IMG/VR virus record: IMGVR_UViG_3300042892_003817
DNA from: a virus
Lineage: Duplodnaviria; Heunggongvirae; Uroviricota; Caudoviricetes
DNA: 64,000 nucleotides
Direction: 5' to 3' (one strand)
Shown here: positions 27,891 to 37,184 of the stretch, one piece after another
Numbering within the stretch: position 1 is the first letter of the stretch
How the letters are laid out: each line of letters starts with the position of its first letter
Made by a program: the position numbers and the translations under genes
Notes under the pieces: generated by a model
Database searches by the model: none
The model's input: only the letters and a program-made list of their open reading frames with translations
Told to the model about the DNA's origin: nothing

Positions 27891-28289
27891 TTATTTTGCG
27901 AAGTATAGTGTTGTGGATATGCTTACAAAAGCTAACACTTTATACCAGAATGTTTTATTCCTTTGACCTTTTAATTCTTTCTTTAAGTCATCAGTCATTC
28001 CTTTGTACTCTCCAATTTGAACATCTTTCTGTCCAATGATGAACTGATTGTTCTTATCTTTAACAGTTAAGAAGTTGATGATAGTATCTTTTTGTACTTC
28101 TCTTTCCTGTAATTTAATTACTTTATCTTGAGTAAGTTTTAATTCTACCTTACATCCATCATAGCGAACTAAATCTTTTGCTGCTAGTCTTACTACCTTA
28201 GTTGGCAGTGTTACCTTGGTGGTATCTGTTTGTGAAAAAGAATTCAAGCTCAGCATTAGAAAACTTATCAACAGTATTAATTTTTTCAT
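27891..28289 (-). CDS. secreted protein with signal peptide (132 aa), candidate outer spanin-like lysis component
   Basis: MKKLILLISFLMLSLNSFSQ signal peptide; overlaps the upstream gene by about 90 bp. Confidence 0.35.
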   Translation of the reverse strand: MKKLILLISFLMLSLNSFSQTDTTKVTLPTKVVRLAAKDLVRYDGCKVELKLTQDKVIKLQEREVQKDTIINFLTVKDKNNQFIIGQKDVQIGEYKGMTDDLKKELKGQRNKTFWYKVLAFVSISTTLYFAK

Positions 28290-28551
28290 CTGTTTGTTTT
28301 TTTACAATTGTTATGGTATTATCTATGTGGTGTATTTCTTTTGTAATAGAAATTACATTTTCTTTTACTGAATCGATCTTAACATCGATTTGTTTATTGA
28401 TTACTTGTGCTGAATCAATTTTAGTTTGGACTGAATCTATTCTGGCTTCATATCCTTTAACGTCTGTTCTAATACTGTTTGTAGTAAATATATTATAACC
28501 TATTAATACAATTACTATAACCAATAATAAGTTTTGCTTATTTTGTAACAT
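28198..28551 (-). CDS. N-terminal TM plus coiled-coil protein (117 aa), candidate inner spanin-like
   Basis: One TM helix followed by heptad-like repeats; position within the lysis cassette. Confidence 0.35.
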   Translation of the reverse strand: MLQNKQNLLLVIVIVLIGYNIFTTNSIRTDVKGYEARIDSVQTKIDSAQVINKQIDVKIDSVKENVISITKEIHHIDNTITIVKKQTDEKINTVDKFSNAELEFFFTNRYHQGNTAN

Positions 28552-28963
28552 CTCTGTCTCCTTTGTGTTTATCTAATCTGTCTAGTATTTGTGTTACTAG
28601 TTCGTTTTTAACTATACCTACCATTGAGGCATTTTTCAATATAGAGACTAACTGGAACACTAAGAAAGGAGCCATAATGGTTTCACTCAACCAAGATGTT
28701 CCAGTAAATCCTTTTTCTATTGATAAGATGGCTGCCAGCATTACTGTCCAGAAACCAAATGTCTTTAATACACTTAATGCTTTACAAGTCTGAAATCCTT
28801 CTCTCTTAACTCCGGCCCATATGCCAAAGAAGCCATCAGCAAAGACAACCAATCCTACTGCTAGGAATTGCTCGATGTTATCGGCTGTTAGGTGCATAAA
28901 ATATGTACCAATAAATGCTAATGCTGTTGTCAATGATAATGTAATTAATAGTGAAGTTTTCAT
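28538..28963 (-). CDS. four-TM membrane protein (141 aa), candidate holin
   Basis: Hydrophobic profile; sits immediately downstream of the endolysin. Confidence 0.4.
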   Translation of the reverse strand: MKTSLLITLSLTTALAFIGTYFMHLTADNIEQFLAVGLVVFADGFFGIWAGVKREGFQTCKALSVLKTFGFWTVMLAAILSIEKGFTGTSWLSETIMAPFLVFQLVSILKNASMVGIVKNELVTQILDRLDKHKGDRDVTK

Positions 28964-28974
28964 CTTATATTTAC

Positions 28975-29586
28975 CTATTTAACGTATTCGTAATACTTTT
29001 TAGTTTTCTCTGAACGATCTGCTAATCCGTGAGTACCCCCGTTAATTCTTTTTGTAAGAGCTAATATGGCTGCATCATTAATTCCTTTGTCGCATATCTC
29101 CCACAATTTATTTTTGTCAAAGAAGAACATTGCTGATTCAAATGAATAAGTTGTTGCTACTAAGTCTGGATTAGTCATAATTTCTGGCTTGTTTAAATAC
29201 TTAGCAAATGCTGCGTAGTTTTCTTTACCAGTTAATTGAAGAGCACCTCTTCCTCTAAATTTGAAACCATCTCCTGATTTTTCATCACCGTTACCCATTC
29301 TAGATGCGTAAACTCTATTGGCAATCTTCTCTGGATTTCTAGCGTAAGACTCTTCTAAGTTACCTGGAAAGTATTTTCCAAAGATACCTTGAAGTCCTTG
29401 TGCTGAGTAGTTTAAGTTTTCAGAGAATGCTTTAAATCCTCCTGATTCGTGTGACGTTTGAGCAAAGAAGTGAGCCGCTCTAACTGGTGTTAGTTTGTAA
29501 AACTCCATTGCTTTTTTCATTGTTCCAGGACCGAAAGCTCCATCTGCAGCTACTCCGATCTTTTCTTGTAAACTTTTTAAGCTCAT
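28975..29586 (-). CDS. endolysin, GH19/COG3179 chitinase-like muramidase (203 aa)
   Basis: FFAQTSHESGGF...ENLNYS and FRGRGALQLTGKENY signatures of GH19-type phage endolysins. Confidence 0.65.
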   Translation of the reverse strand: MSLKSLQEKIGVAADGAFGPGTMKKAMEFYKLTPVRAAHFFAQTSHESGGFKAFSENLNYSAQGLQGIFGKYFPGNLEESYARNPEKIANRVYASRMGNGDEKSGDGFKFRGRGALQLTGKENYAAFAKYLNKPEIMTNPDLVATTYSFESAMFFFDKNKLWEICDKGINDAAILALTKRINGGTHGLADRSEKTKKYYEYVK

Positions 29587-29596
29587 AATCTAATTT

Positions 29597-29905
29597 TTAT
29601 TCTTCGTTATTTGATTTGTTTCCGTTTTTCATTGCTGCAAACTTCTCTAATACATCTGGAAGGAATGAACCTAATGTGATGTACATAAATGCATCAAAGA
29701 TGTACTCGTTTAATTCTAACGCTTTACCTAGGTAACCTGTTACAAGGTCTACTGCAATTGCAATTACCATTACCATGAACGACATGAATCCAATTACAAC
29801 TTTCTCGTTGTAATCATTTGATTTTTTAAAGATACTGAAAAATCCCATAAAATAATTATTTAGTTTAGTTAAGATGTAACTAATTGGTAATAACAAATTT
29901 TTCAT
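29597..29905 (-). CDS. small membrane protein (about 102 aa from the internal ATG)
   Basis: The track ORF starts at a TTG that overlaps terminator hairpin 29943-29959; the ATG at 29903-29905 (MKNLLLPISY) is more plausible. Confidence 0.4.
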   Translation of the reverse strand: MKNLLLPISYILTKLNNYFMGFFSIFKKSNDYNEKVVIGFMSFMVMVIAIAVDLVTGYLGKALELNEYIFDAFMYITLGSFLPDVLEKFAAMKNGNKSNNEE

Positions 29906-29936
29906 AGTAACTGGTTTAATTTCTAATAAATAGCAC

Positions 29937-29959
29937 AAAAAAAAGAGGCACAAGGCCTC
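29937..29959 (-). terminator. rho-independent terminator (AGAGGC-CUUGU-GCCUCU hairpin plus U8 on the minus transcript)
   Basis: aaaaaaaagaggcacaaggcctctt downstream of ORF 29984..30220. Confidence 0.55.
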
Positions 29960-29983
29960 TTTGATGTTTAAGTAAAGTCTCTC

Positions 29984-30220
29984 TTACTCTCCTATATTCA
30001 TGTGCTTTAATTCCTTTGGAAGGAACTCAGTATTGACATGGCCGCAGGCCTTGCACGCAAATACCGGAATAGGCATGTAGGTTGTTTGACCTGTTCCTGT
30101 AAGGATTCCACTTGCCTTTCTAATGTGAAGAGCTTCTTCAAAAAATGTATGGTTACATTTTTCGCACTCTACCGGAAGTGTTTGATCAATCGATAGATTC
30201 ATTCTTGGTTGTTGTTCCAT
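29984..30220 (-). CDS. zinc-ribbon protein (78 aa)
   Basis: CEKC...CKAC. Confidence 0.45.
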   Translation of the reverse strand: MEQQPRMNLSIDQTLPVECEKCNHTFFEEALHIRKASGILTGTGQTTYMPIPVFACKACGHVNTEFLPKELKHMNIGE

Positions 30221-30477
30221 TGTTCTTGTTTTTCTTTACCACATAACTCGTCTACCTTTACCTCATCACCTGCAATTTGAAATACAGTGGCCGGGGTAAG
30301 GTTCGGACTTTTTTTGCATATGTCTGTTGCTTTCTCTAGAAGTGTTTTCATATTACCGGCACAATCGGAAGCACGAAGTATCTCTATGATGGTCATAGTA
30401 CTTCTCTGATGTGCTGTAACGGTAAACGTTCTACCTTCTTCTAGTAACTCTTGATATTTTTTTATTGAGTCTGACAT
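30199..30477 (-). CDS. hypothetical protein (92 aa)
   Basis: ORF. Confidence 0.45.
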   Translation of the reverse strand: MSDSIKKYQELLEEGRTFTVTAHQRSTMTIIEILRASDCAGNMKTLLEKATDICKKSPNLTPATVFQIAGDEVKVDELCGKEKQEQWNNNQE

Positions 30478-30489
30478 ACACTTTACGTA

Positions 30490-30855
30490 TTATTTTTTCT
30501 TAGGGTAGTACTTTCTTTTTTTCTTTGGCTTTGCTGCTTCTACTACTGCTGTTACTTCTGGAGATATTTTGTTAATCTCTTCTACCAAAGTATCGTGTGC
30601 TTCTACTACTTTTTTCATAGACTCTACCTGCTCTGTTACTTTGTCTTTCTTAGGTGCTTTCTTTGCTACAATAGGACGTAAGTCTTTATTGTACAATTCT
30701 TTAGATAACTCTACTAACTCTTGAGCTTCTTTGTTGTTGTCAAAGTCCATTTTAAATTCTTTTAAGGGCTTTGTTCCTCTTTGCATATAGTATGCAAGGA
30801 ATGCTGTTCCTGCTACTATAACTAACACTAAAATAATTGATGTTAAAATTGTCAT
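30490..30855 (-). CDS. membrane-anchored protein with a lysine-rich C-terminus (121 aa)
   Basis: N-terminal TM, then KPKKKRKYYPKKK. Confidence 0.45.
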   Translation of the reverse strand: MTILTSIILVLVIVAGTAFLAYYMQRGTKPLKEFKMDFDNNKEAQELVELSKELYNKDLRPIVAKKAPKKDKVTEQVESMKKVVEAHDTLVEEINKISPEVTAVVEAAKPKKKRKYYPKKK

Positions 30856-30886
30856 ATGTTTGTTTATTTGTTAAATTTGCGCGTGA

Positions 30887-30927
30887 CACCTTCGGTGAGG
30901 AGGTTTTGACGCCCCCTCCCCTCTCGG
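30887..30927. repeat. GC-rich element, copy B
   Basis: TTGCGCGTGACACCTTCGGTGAGGAGG...GCCCCCTCCCCTCTCGG, near-identical to 8928-8974. Confidence 0.5.
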
Positions 30928-30934
30928 TCCTTGC

Positions 30935-31102
30935 TTACTTGCTCTCTGCTGTTGAAGCTTTTCTATAATCTGTGATTAATTTCTTAACCTCTCCGATAGA
31001 CTTTCTTGCTTGTGCTTGCGATTTTTTAGTAGTTCCGTTATGGCTTGCTACAAAACTTTGATACAATTCATCGATTTGTTCGAATAATTCTTGCTTGTTC
31101 AT
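30935..31102 (-). CDS. small ORF (55 aa, MNKQELFEQIDELYQSF...)
   Basis: ATG at 31100-31102; lies directly upstream of GC-rich element B, the same arrangement as at 8978..9076. Confidence 0.3.
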   Translation of the reverse strand: MNKQELFEQIDELYQSFVASHNGTTKKSQAQARKSIGEVKKLITDYRKASTAESK

Positions 31103-31124
31103 CTTTTTTTCTTTTTAATTAATA

Positions 31125-32759
31125 TTACATGAACTGAGAAGGATCGATTCCTGCTCCTTGTTCATCTTTTGGTTTTATACTTGTGATAACACACTCTGTG
31201 ATTAACATTGTTCCTGCAACTGATGCTGCATTCTCTAAAGCTAGTCTTGTTACTTTAGTTGGATCAATAATACCTTCCTCTAACATATCAACATACTCCC
31301 CTGTTCTTGGATTAAATCCAATCCATTTGTGATTGTCAAAGATGTAGTTTACTCTCTCTTCAATTACTTCTGAAGTCTCTCCTGCATTTGCTAAGATCTG
31401 TTTGAATGGCTTCTGAAGTGCTTTGATTATAATGTCAAATCCTTTTTCTTGATCTGGATGTTGAGCTACTAATGGATGCTCTGTTAAGTGGAAAGAAGCA
31501 TTTAGTAAAGCAATTCCTCCTCCAGGTAAAATACCTTCTTGTAAAGCTGCTTTAGTTGCATGAAGAGCATCATCTACTCTATCTTTTTTCTCTCTCATTT
31601 CAACCTCTGTATGACCTCCAACATGAATCATAGCTACTCCTCCGATAAGTTTTGCTAATCTGTCTTGTAAGATTTCAATCTCGTAAGGTGAAACTGTATT
31701 CTCGATTTGTTCTTTTAATTGCTCAATTCTCTCTGCAATAGCTTCTTCAGTTCCTTTACCATCTACAATGGTAGTATCATCTTTACCTACTGTTACTTTT
31801 CTTGAATTACCAAACCACTGTAAATCGAATTTGTCTAGCTTCATTCCTTTCTCCTCCGATACAACTGTACCTCCTGTTAGAGCTGCAATGTCTTCAAGCA
31901 TAGCTTTCTTCTTATCTCCAAATTCAGGAGCTTTAACTGCTACTACTCTAAGAATTCCTCTCATTTTGTTTACAACAAGTGTCGATAAAGCCTCTCCGTC
32001 AATATCATCTGCAATGATAAGTAAGTCTTTATTTTGTTGTGATACTGATTCCAATAAAGGAAGCATCTCTTTTACGTGCTGGATTCTTTTATCTGTGATA
32101 AGGATTAAAGGATTGTTCAATACTGAAGTCATAGTATTGTTATCTGTAACGAAGTAAGGTGACTTGTATCCTCTGTTGAATTGCATACCCTCTACAGTTT
32201 CGAGATAAGTCTCTCCTGTTTTAGATTCTTCAATAGTTACTAATCCATCTCTACCAACTTTATCCATTGCTGTTGCAATAAGATTTCCTACTTCTGGGTC
32301 ATTATTACCTGAGATTGTTGCTACTTGTTTGATTTGTTCTTCTTCTGTAACTTCTTTAGAGTACTTCTCTCTTAAGTATTCGACTACTGCTTTAGTGGCA
32401 ATATCGATTCCTCTTTTTACTTCTACTGCATTTGCATTTTGTAGCTCAGATAATCCTTGGCTATAAATTTCTCTTGCAAGTAATGTTGCTGTTGTAGTAC
32501 CATCTCCAGCCAATCTAGCTGATTCGATTGCTACTTGTTTTACAGCTTGTGCTCCAGTATTCTCAATTGGATCTTCCAATTCTACTTCTTTGGCTACTGT
32601 TACACCATCCTTTGTTGAGGTTGGATTACCTCCTTGTTGTTGAATAAATACATTCCTACCTGACGGTCCCAATGTACATACTACTGCGTCTGCTAGTTGG
32701 TTTACTCCTGATAGTAATTTCTCTCTAGCTTCTTTTGAAAAACTAATTTGTTTTGACAT
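31125..32759 (-). CDS. groEL: chaperonin GroEL (Cpn60, 544 aa)
   Basis: Full-length match to GroEL including the ATP-binding [10 protein letters not shown] region; lacks the GGM tail. Confidence 0.9.
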   Translation of the reverse strand: MSKQISFSKEAREKLLSGVNQLADAVVCTLGPSGRNVFIQQQGGNPTSTKDGVTVAKEVELEDPIENTGAQAVKQVAIESARLAGDGTTTATLLAREIYSQGLSELQNANAVEVKRGIDIATKAVVEYLREKYSKEVTEEEQIKQVATISGNNDPEVGNLIATAMDKVGRDGLVTIEESKTGETYLETVEGMQFNRGYKSPYFVTDNNTMTSVLNNPLILITDKRIQHVKEMLPLLESVSQQNKDLLIIADDIDGEALSTLVVNKMRGILRVVAVKAPEFGDKKKAMLEDIAALTGGTVVSEEKGMKLDKFDLQWFGNSRKVTVGKDDTTIVDGKGTEEAIAERIEQLKEQIENTVSPYEIEILQDRLAKLIGGVAMIHVGGHTEVEMREKKDRVDDALHATKAALQEGILPGGGIALLNASFHLTEHPLVAQHPDQEKGFDIIIKALQKPFKQILANAGETSEVIEERVNYIFDNHKWIGFNPRTGEYVDMLEEGIIDPTKVTRLALENAASVAGTMLITECVITSIKPKDEQGAGIDPSQFM

Positions 32760-32761
32760 AA

Positions 32762-33067
32762 CTACTCTTGTGATTTTCTGATTGTTGCTAAAATTTCTCT
32801 GTCTGGAAGTATAAAGTATTCTTGACCTTCAAAGTCAATACGGATTGTTCCTATCTTAGGAATCAATACCACATCTCCTACACTGGCTTCTACTCTAATA
32901 AATTGTCCAAATTCAGACTGGCGTCCTGGACCTACGGAAACTACTTCACCCATTTCTGGCTTTTCTTTCCCCATATCCGGAATGATAATACTTCCGAATC
33001 TTTCTTCTCCTGATTCAACAGGCTTTACAATAACTCTGTCGCTGTTAGCTGATAACTCTTGTGACAT
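32762..33067 (-). CDS. groES: co-chaperonin GroES (Cpn10, 101 aa)
   Basis: Cpn10 fold sequence (IIIPD...GEVVSVGPG) directly upstream of groEL with a 2-nt gap. Confidence 0.85.
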   Translation of the reverse strand: MSQELSANSDRVIVKPVESGEERFGSIIIPDMGKEKPEMGEVVSVGPGRQSEFGQFIRVEASVGDVVLIPKIGTIRIDFEGQEYFILPDREILATIRKSQE

Positions 33068-33097
33068 AAACTTGATTTGGTTAATAACTTATTTTAA

Positions 33098-33130
33098 TAA
33101 TATATGAATAAATATCTAAGGAAACAACTT
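33098..33130 (-). promoter_or_regulatory. variant promoter module upstream of groES-groEL
   Basis: aatatatgaataaatatctaaggaaacaactt. Confidence 0.35.
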
Positions 33131-35464
33131 CTAATGACCTTCTGCAAAGTTATTTGCTATCTGTGGTGGTGCCTTTAGAGTTACTCCCGGTAGTTGTGTT
33201 GTTAATTCCATCAACTCTTGAACGTAAGGCATAAACATTTCTGCTTGATCTTCTCTTACATTTATGATCAACTGGTCATGAATCTGAGCTTGTACTCTAC
33301 CGTCTATTCCTAACTCTTTTGCTTTTCTATTAATCTGAATTGCTGCTCTATTCACAACCGCTGCCGCTAAAGACTGTAACTGGTAGTTCAAGCAGTTGTT
33401 TAATCCATTTCGATAATCTCTATACATCTGCATTACAGGATCTTTTCCGTACTGCTGTTCAAGACTCTTTCTAAATCTCCAATCCAATACTTGATCTCCA
33501 AACTTTTCAAAGATCAATTTCACTTTTGGTAAGTGTCTGATTCGTCCTACTTTATTTTGGATATACCCTAGCCTTTTTACTTGCTCTCTAGAGTTAACTC
33601 TCCACTCTTTTAATTGAGGAAAACCATCTAGGTAACCTGCTACAAGAGTATCAGCTTCTTTCTGAGATATATTTAAAGTCTTTGCCAGAGCATATGCTTC
33701 CATTCCGTATGCAATTCCTAGAGAGTAAGCCTTAGCTTGATTTCTTTTTACTGGATCTAATTTCTTTAAGAAGATAGGAGATTTAGTATCAGGTGAAACA
33801 CCGTCTGGATATTTTACTTTATCTTGATCAAGCTTCTCAGTTCTAATAGCAACAGTAGAATAGAAATCCCATCCGTTGTTAAAAATCTCTTGAAGATTAA
33901 TATCACCTGCTACAGAAGCAAAGCAGTGAGGTTCTAGAGAAGTATAGTCATTATCGATTAACTTTCTTCCTTCTCCTGCAATTAAGAACTCTCTTACTAC
34001 ATTTGTATACTTTACAAGTAGCGGGGTATCTTCTCCTTCTTCTTTAGGCTTTGGTAATTGCTGAGCATCTGATCCATACCTTCCTGATACCGTACCATGC
34101 TGCTTGTAGTAAAAGTAGTATCTTCCGTCCTCTTGACCGTCTAGGAATCTATCGATGTAAGTTGATTTAATTTTTAGTAACTTATTATATGTTCTAAGGT
34201 TATTTGCCCATTCATAAGTCTTAGATAACTCCTCTAACATATCCATGTCAAATTGATCTTGACCTTTTTTAGTCTGAGTAAGAGGTTTGATTCCCATATA
34301 CTTGAATGCAATCTCACCTAAGTGTTTCTTAGATTGAATATTCAAATAGTCTCCTTCATTCTCTTCCTTCCACATCGACATAGAAATTCTAACAACTTCC
34401 ATTTCGTCTAGTAGGTTTAAGTCTCCTGTTAGTAGAAATTGTTTTATATTACTCTCTTCTAATTCGTCAATAGCTTTTTTAGTTAAAGAATACTTTCCAG
34501 TCTTTTCGCTTCTCTCTAAAGGAAGAGAGTGAAGCATAATTAAATTCTGTGCCCAGTTACCTTTGTGTGAAGGAGGGTAAGTATAAAGTGCTGTATCAAC
34601 TACCCATTCCTTTGCCTCTGGAATGCTTAGTATACTGTCAATTACTATCTTTTTATTCGATTGTAGGTCATTTGTAATATCATCTCTAGTCTTTTCTAGT
34701 AACGGAAGATTTAATGCTACTCCTATCTCTTCCATTGGAACAGTTACTTCTTTGTAAAGAGGCATTACTTCTTCTTCAAAGAAGAATTTCTCTAGTCCTT
34801 CTTCCTTTAATACTTTTAAGAAGTGATTACAAACTCTAAGGGTTAAATCCGTATCGGCTGCAGCATATTTGGAAAGAATTGCCATATCTGCTTTAAAGAT
34901 CTCGTAAAGATCTTTTGTAGTTGATCCTCCATTTGCTTTAATAGATTCTTTTAGCTCTACTTGCTCTTTGTTAGCTGCTTCTTCTACATTTAGTCCGATC
35001 TCTTTCTGAATAGAGATAGCTAATGCCTTTAGTCCAAACACTCCCATACCAGCTCCTTCTTCCTGTACTGTATGAACAAGGAGAGCTGTATCTACCCAAA
35101 GATCTTCTAATAAAGATACTCCGTAATAGTTCTTAGTAATTCGGCAGTCAAAAGAAGCATTGTGCATTACTAGTCTCTTACCCTTAAGCAGCGGGAGTAA
35201 CTTTTTAGTAATGTCATGTGCTCCTTTTCCGCCAATAATACATTCCTCTAATTGATTTGTTTCTGTATTCCATTTCTGAGTTGGAAGATAGAATCCTATT
35301 CCTTCTTCTCCTGATACGGACCATCCTACGATTCCATCTCTTCGGACATTTAATCCAGTTGTCTCAGTATCATAAGCAAGAACCTCTGACTGATTAATAT
35401 GCTCGATAAGAAGGTTGATAGTCTCGATACTATCGACGTGGTAATACTTTTTTTCTATTTGCAT
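33131..35464 (-). CDS. polA: family A DNA polymerase (PolA-like) with a 3'-5' exonuclease domain and no 5'-3' exonuclease domain (777 aa)
   Basis: Exo motifs YDTETTGL, HNASFD, YAAADTD; polymerase motifs DYTSLEPH (A), RNQAKAYSLGIAYG (B), QIHDQL (C). Confidence 0.9.
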   Translation of the reverse strand: MQIEKKYYHVDSIETINLLIEHINQSEVLAYDTETTGLNVRRDGIVGWSVSGEEGIGFYLPTQKWNTETNQLEECIIGGKGAHDITKKLLPLLKGKRLVMHNASFDCRITKNYYGVSLLEDLWVDTALLVHTVQEEGAGMGVFGLKALAISIQKEIGLNVEEAANKEQVELKESIKANGGSTTKDLYEIFKADMAILSKYAAADTDLTLRVCNHFLKVLKEEGLEKFFFEEEVMPLYKEVTVPMEEIGVALNLPLLEKTRDDITNDLQSNKKIVIDSILSIPEAKEWVVDTALYTYPPSHKGNWAQNLIMLHSLPLERSEKTGKYSLTKKAIDELEESNIKQFLLTGDLNLLDEMEVVRISMSMWKEENEGDYLNIQSKKHLGEIAFKYMGIKPLTQTKKGQDQFDMDMLEELSKTYEWANNLRTYNKLLKIKSTYIDRFLDGQEDGRYYFYYKQHGTVSGRYGSDAQQLPKPKEEGEDTPLLVKYTNVVREFLIAGEGRKLIDNDYTSLEPHCFASVAGDINLQEIFNNGWDFYSTVAIRTEKLDQDKVKYPDGVSPDTKSPIFLKKLDPVKRNQAKAYSLGIAYGMEAYALAKTLNISQKEADTLVAGYLDGFPQLKEWRVNSREQVKRLGYIQNKVGRIRHLPKVKLIFEKFGDQVLDWRFRKSLEQQYGKDPVMQMYRDYRNGLNNCLNYQLQSLAAAVVNRAAIQINRKAKELGIDGRVQAQIHDQLIINVREDQAEMFMPYVQELMELTTQLPGVTLKAPPQIANNFAEGH

Positions 35465-35467
35465 AAC

Positions 35468-35923
35468 TTAGTCAAGTTCTATAATTAAATTATTCTTATT
35501 TACAGGAATCCATACTCCAACACTTCCGTCCTTAACTGTACTAAAGTTTATAGACTTACTCTCAATTCTACTATTGATATAATTTCTCATCTCTTTTAAG
35601 TTGCAGTAGTACAGCTTCTTACTATATACGCTGAATAGAACTAATATATCTGCAGTAGAGGTATTAAACCATCCTAGTTCCTGCTTCTTATTATACAGTT
35701 CAAAAAACGTTAAATTATTCTCTCTTATATTAGTTTTTACTTCTGCTCTATCCCAAGTCTGTGTTTTTCTATTTAGAAATTCGAAATCAAATCCTTTCTT
35801 CTGGTAGAATTTATGCTCAGTATAATCTGTGCGATCTTTTACTTCAGTTATCTTACTGAAGTATTTTAATGCGACCTGTTCTCCAACTTGCCCTTTCTTA
35901 AGTAGTAATTCGAAATCTGTCAT
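35468..35923 (-). CDS. hypothetical protein (151 aa)
   Basis: ORF with promoter-like module 35930-35980. Confidence 0.45.
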   Translation of the reverse strand: MTDFELLLKKGQVGEQVALKYFSKITEVKDRTDYTEHKFYQKKGFDFEFLNRKTQTWDRAEVKTNIRENNLTFFELYNKKQELGWFNTSTADILVLFSVYSKKLYYCNLKEMRNYINSRIESKSINFSTVKDGSVGVWIPVNKNNLIIELD

Positions 35924-35987
35924 AACCTTTTTGTTTTTATATTATGTAAAGATAAGAAAAGAGCTGCGGTTAAGCAACTCTTTTATA

Positions 35988-36257
35988 CTAAAATTCCCCG
36001 TAAAGGTCAAATTTTTCTGGCTCTGGAGGTGTCCAGGTAACTGTCTGAGTTCTTATGGCGTATAGTTCTCCTTTTAGAGGTTCTAACCTGTAAGCTCCTT
36101 TAAACTCTGTCGCTCTCATATAAGCTGATAGAGTTGGTACCAGTCCTTCAATTGTATGTAAGGGTGCTGATGGCCATTGTCCTTTCCAGTTATCTCCTGG
36201 TGGTGTTCTTAAGGCAATAAGCTCTAATACTTCTTCTTGTCTTGAGTTAGCTTCCAT
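35988..36257 (-). CDS. hypothetical protein (89 aa)
   Basis: ORF. Confidence 0.4.
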   Translation of the reverse strand: MEANSRQEEVLELIALRTPPGDNWKGQWPSAPLHTIEGLVPTLSAYMRATEFKGAYRLEPLKGELYAIRTQTVTWTPPEPEKFDLYGEF

Positions 36258-37183
36258 TACTGACGTAATGTTTTAGCCATTCTACAAGTAATATCTGTAA
36301 AGAATCCTGGGATTAATTTCTTATGGGAAGCTCTAATTGGATTAATATCCAATCCTCCTCTACGAGTATAAAGACAAGCTACCATTAATTCTTCTGGATT
36401 GTAAGCTTCTTTTAAGTGCATGTAGATCATTTCACAAATCTCTTCGTGGAAGTGACTTACTTGTCTGTGACTTACAATATATTTTGCTAATGATTCTAAA
36501 TCAGGAACAACTCCTGCTGTTGGTTTAATATGAATAAATACATCACCCCAGTCTGGTTGGTTTGTTACTCTACAATTTGATCTTAAAAGATTAGACTGTA
36601 TTTTTATTTCTCCAATTTCAAAGTCTTCAGATACTTCTTCTGACTGTAACTGTGTAGCGTCTGAATGGTAAGAAGTAAATTCAATTTTGTTTAAGTCAAC
36701 CAAAGCATCCAATGGTGCATATCCTTTAAAGGCATAGCTTGGAGAATGCTCTGATGTAAACATCTCTACCTGTACTTTTGTCTGTAGTAAGTCAGATAGG
36801 TCTTTCTTTACTCTTTCTTTTAGTAACTTAATACATTCATGATCTGTATCTCCCAATTGAGTCATATTGAATGAATTCAAATACAATTTAATTGATTTAG
36901 ACTCTACGTGAAGTTTTGAATCGGCTGGATACCAAATCTTTAACATTCCTACTACTGGTAATCCTTTTGTAGTGATTGCAGATACTTCGTATGCATTCCA
37001 AACATCTCCTCCAACAAATGGAAGGTTATTATCGTCAATTCCATACGCTTCTCTATTCAAGTAACGTGGAATTTCTACCAATAGACTTGGATCGTAAGTA
37101 TCGCTATATCCTGCTCCACCTACTTGTCCTAGATGCTTTCCTGCAATCTTTACAACTTCTGCTTGATTTAATTCTTGTGTCAT
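36257..37183 (-). CDS. queF: NADPH-dependent 7-cyano-7-deazaguanine reductase QueF, two-domain type II (308 aa)
   Basis: Collinear with E. coli QueF (YqcD): DTYDPSLL, ESKSIKLYLNSFN, CRVTNQPDWGDV, SHRQVSHFHEEICE, TRRGGLDINP. Confidence 0.8.
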   Translation of the reverse strand: MTQELNQAEVVKIAGKHLGQVGGAGYSDTYDPSLLVEIPRYLNREAYGIDDNNLPFVGGDVWNAYEVSAITTKGLPVVGMLKIWYPADSKLHVESKSIKLYLNSFNMTQLGDTDHECIKLLKERVKKDLSDLLQTKVQVEMFTSEHSPSYAFKGYAPLDALVDLNKIEFTSYHSDATQLQSEEVSEDFEIGEIKIQSNLLRSNCRVTNQPDWGDVFIHIKPTAGVVPDLESLAKYIVSHRQVSHFHEEICEMIYMHLKEAYNPEELMVACLYTRRGGLDINPIRASHKKLIPGFFTDITCRMAKTLRQ

Positions 37184-37184
37184 T

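Noticed and set aside
29906-29953. N-terminal 16 codons of track ORF 29597..29953 (TTG start)
   Set aside because: They overlap the terminator hairpin of the upstream gene. The internal ATG (MKNLLL...) is the more plausible start.
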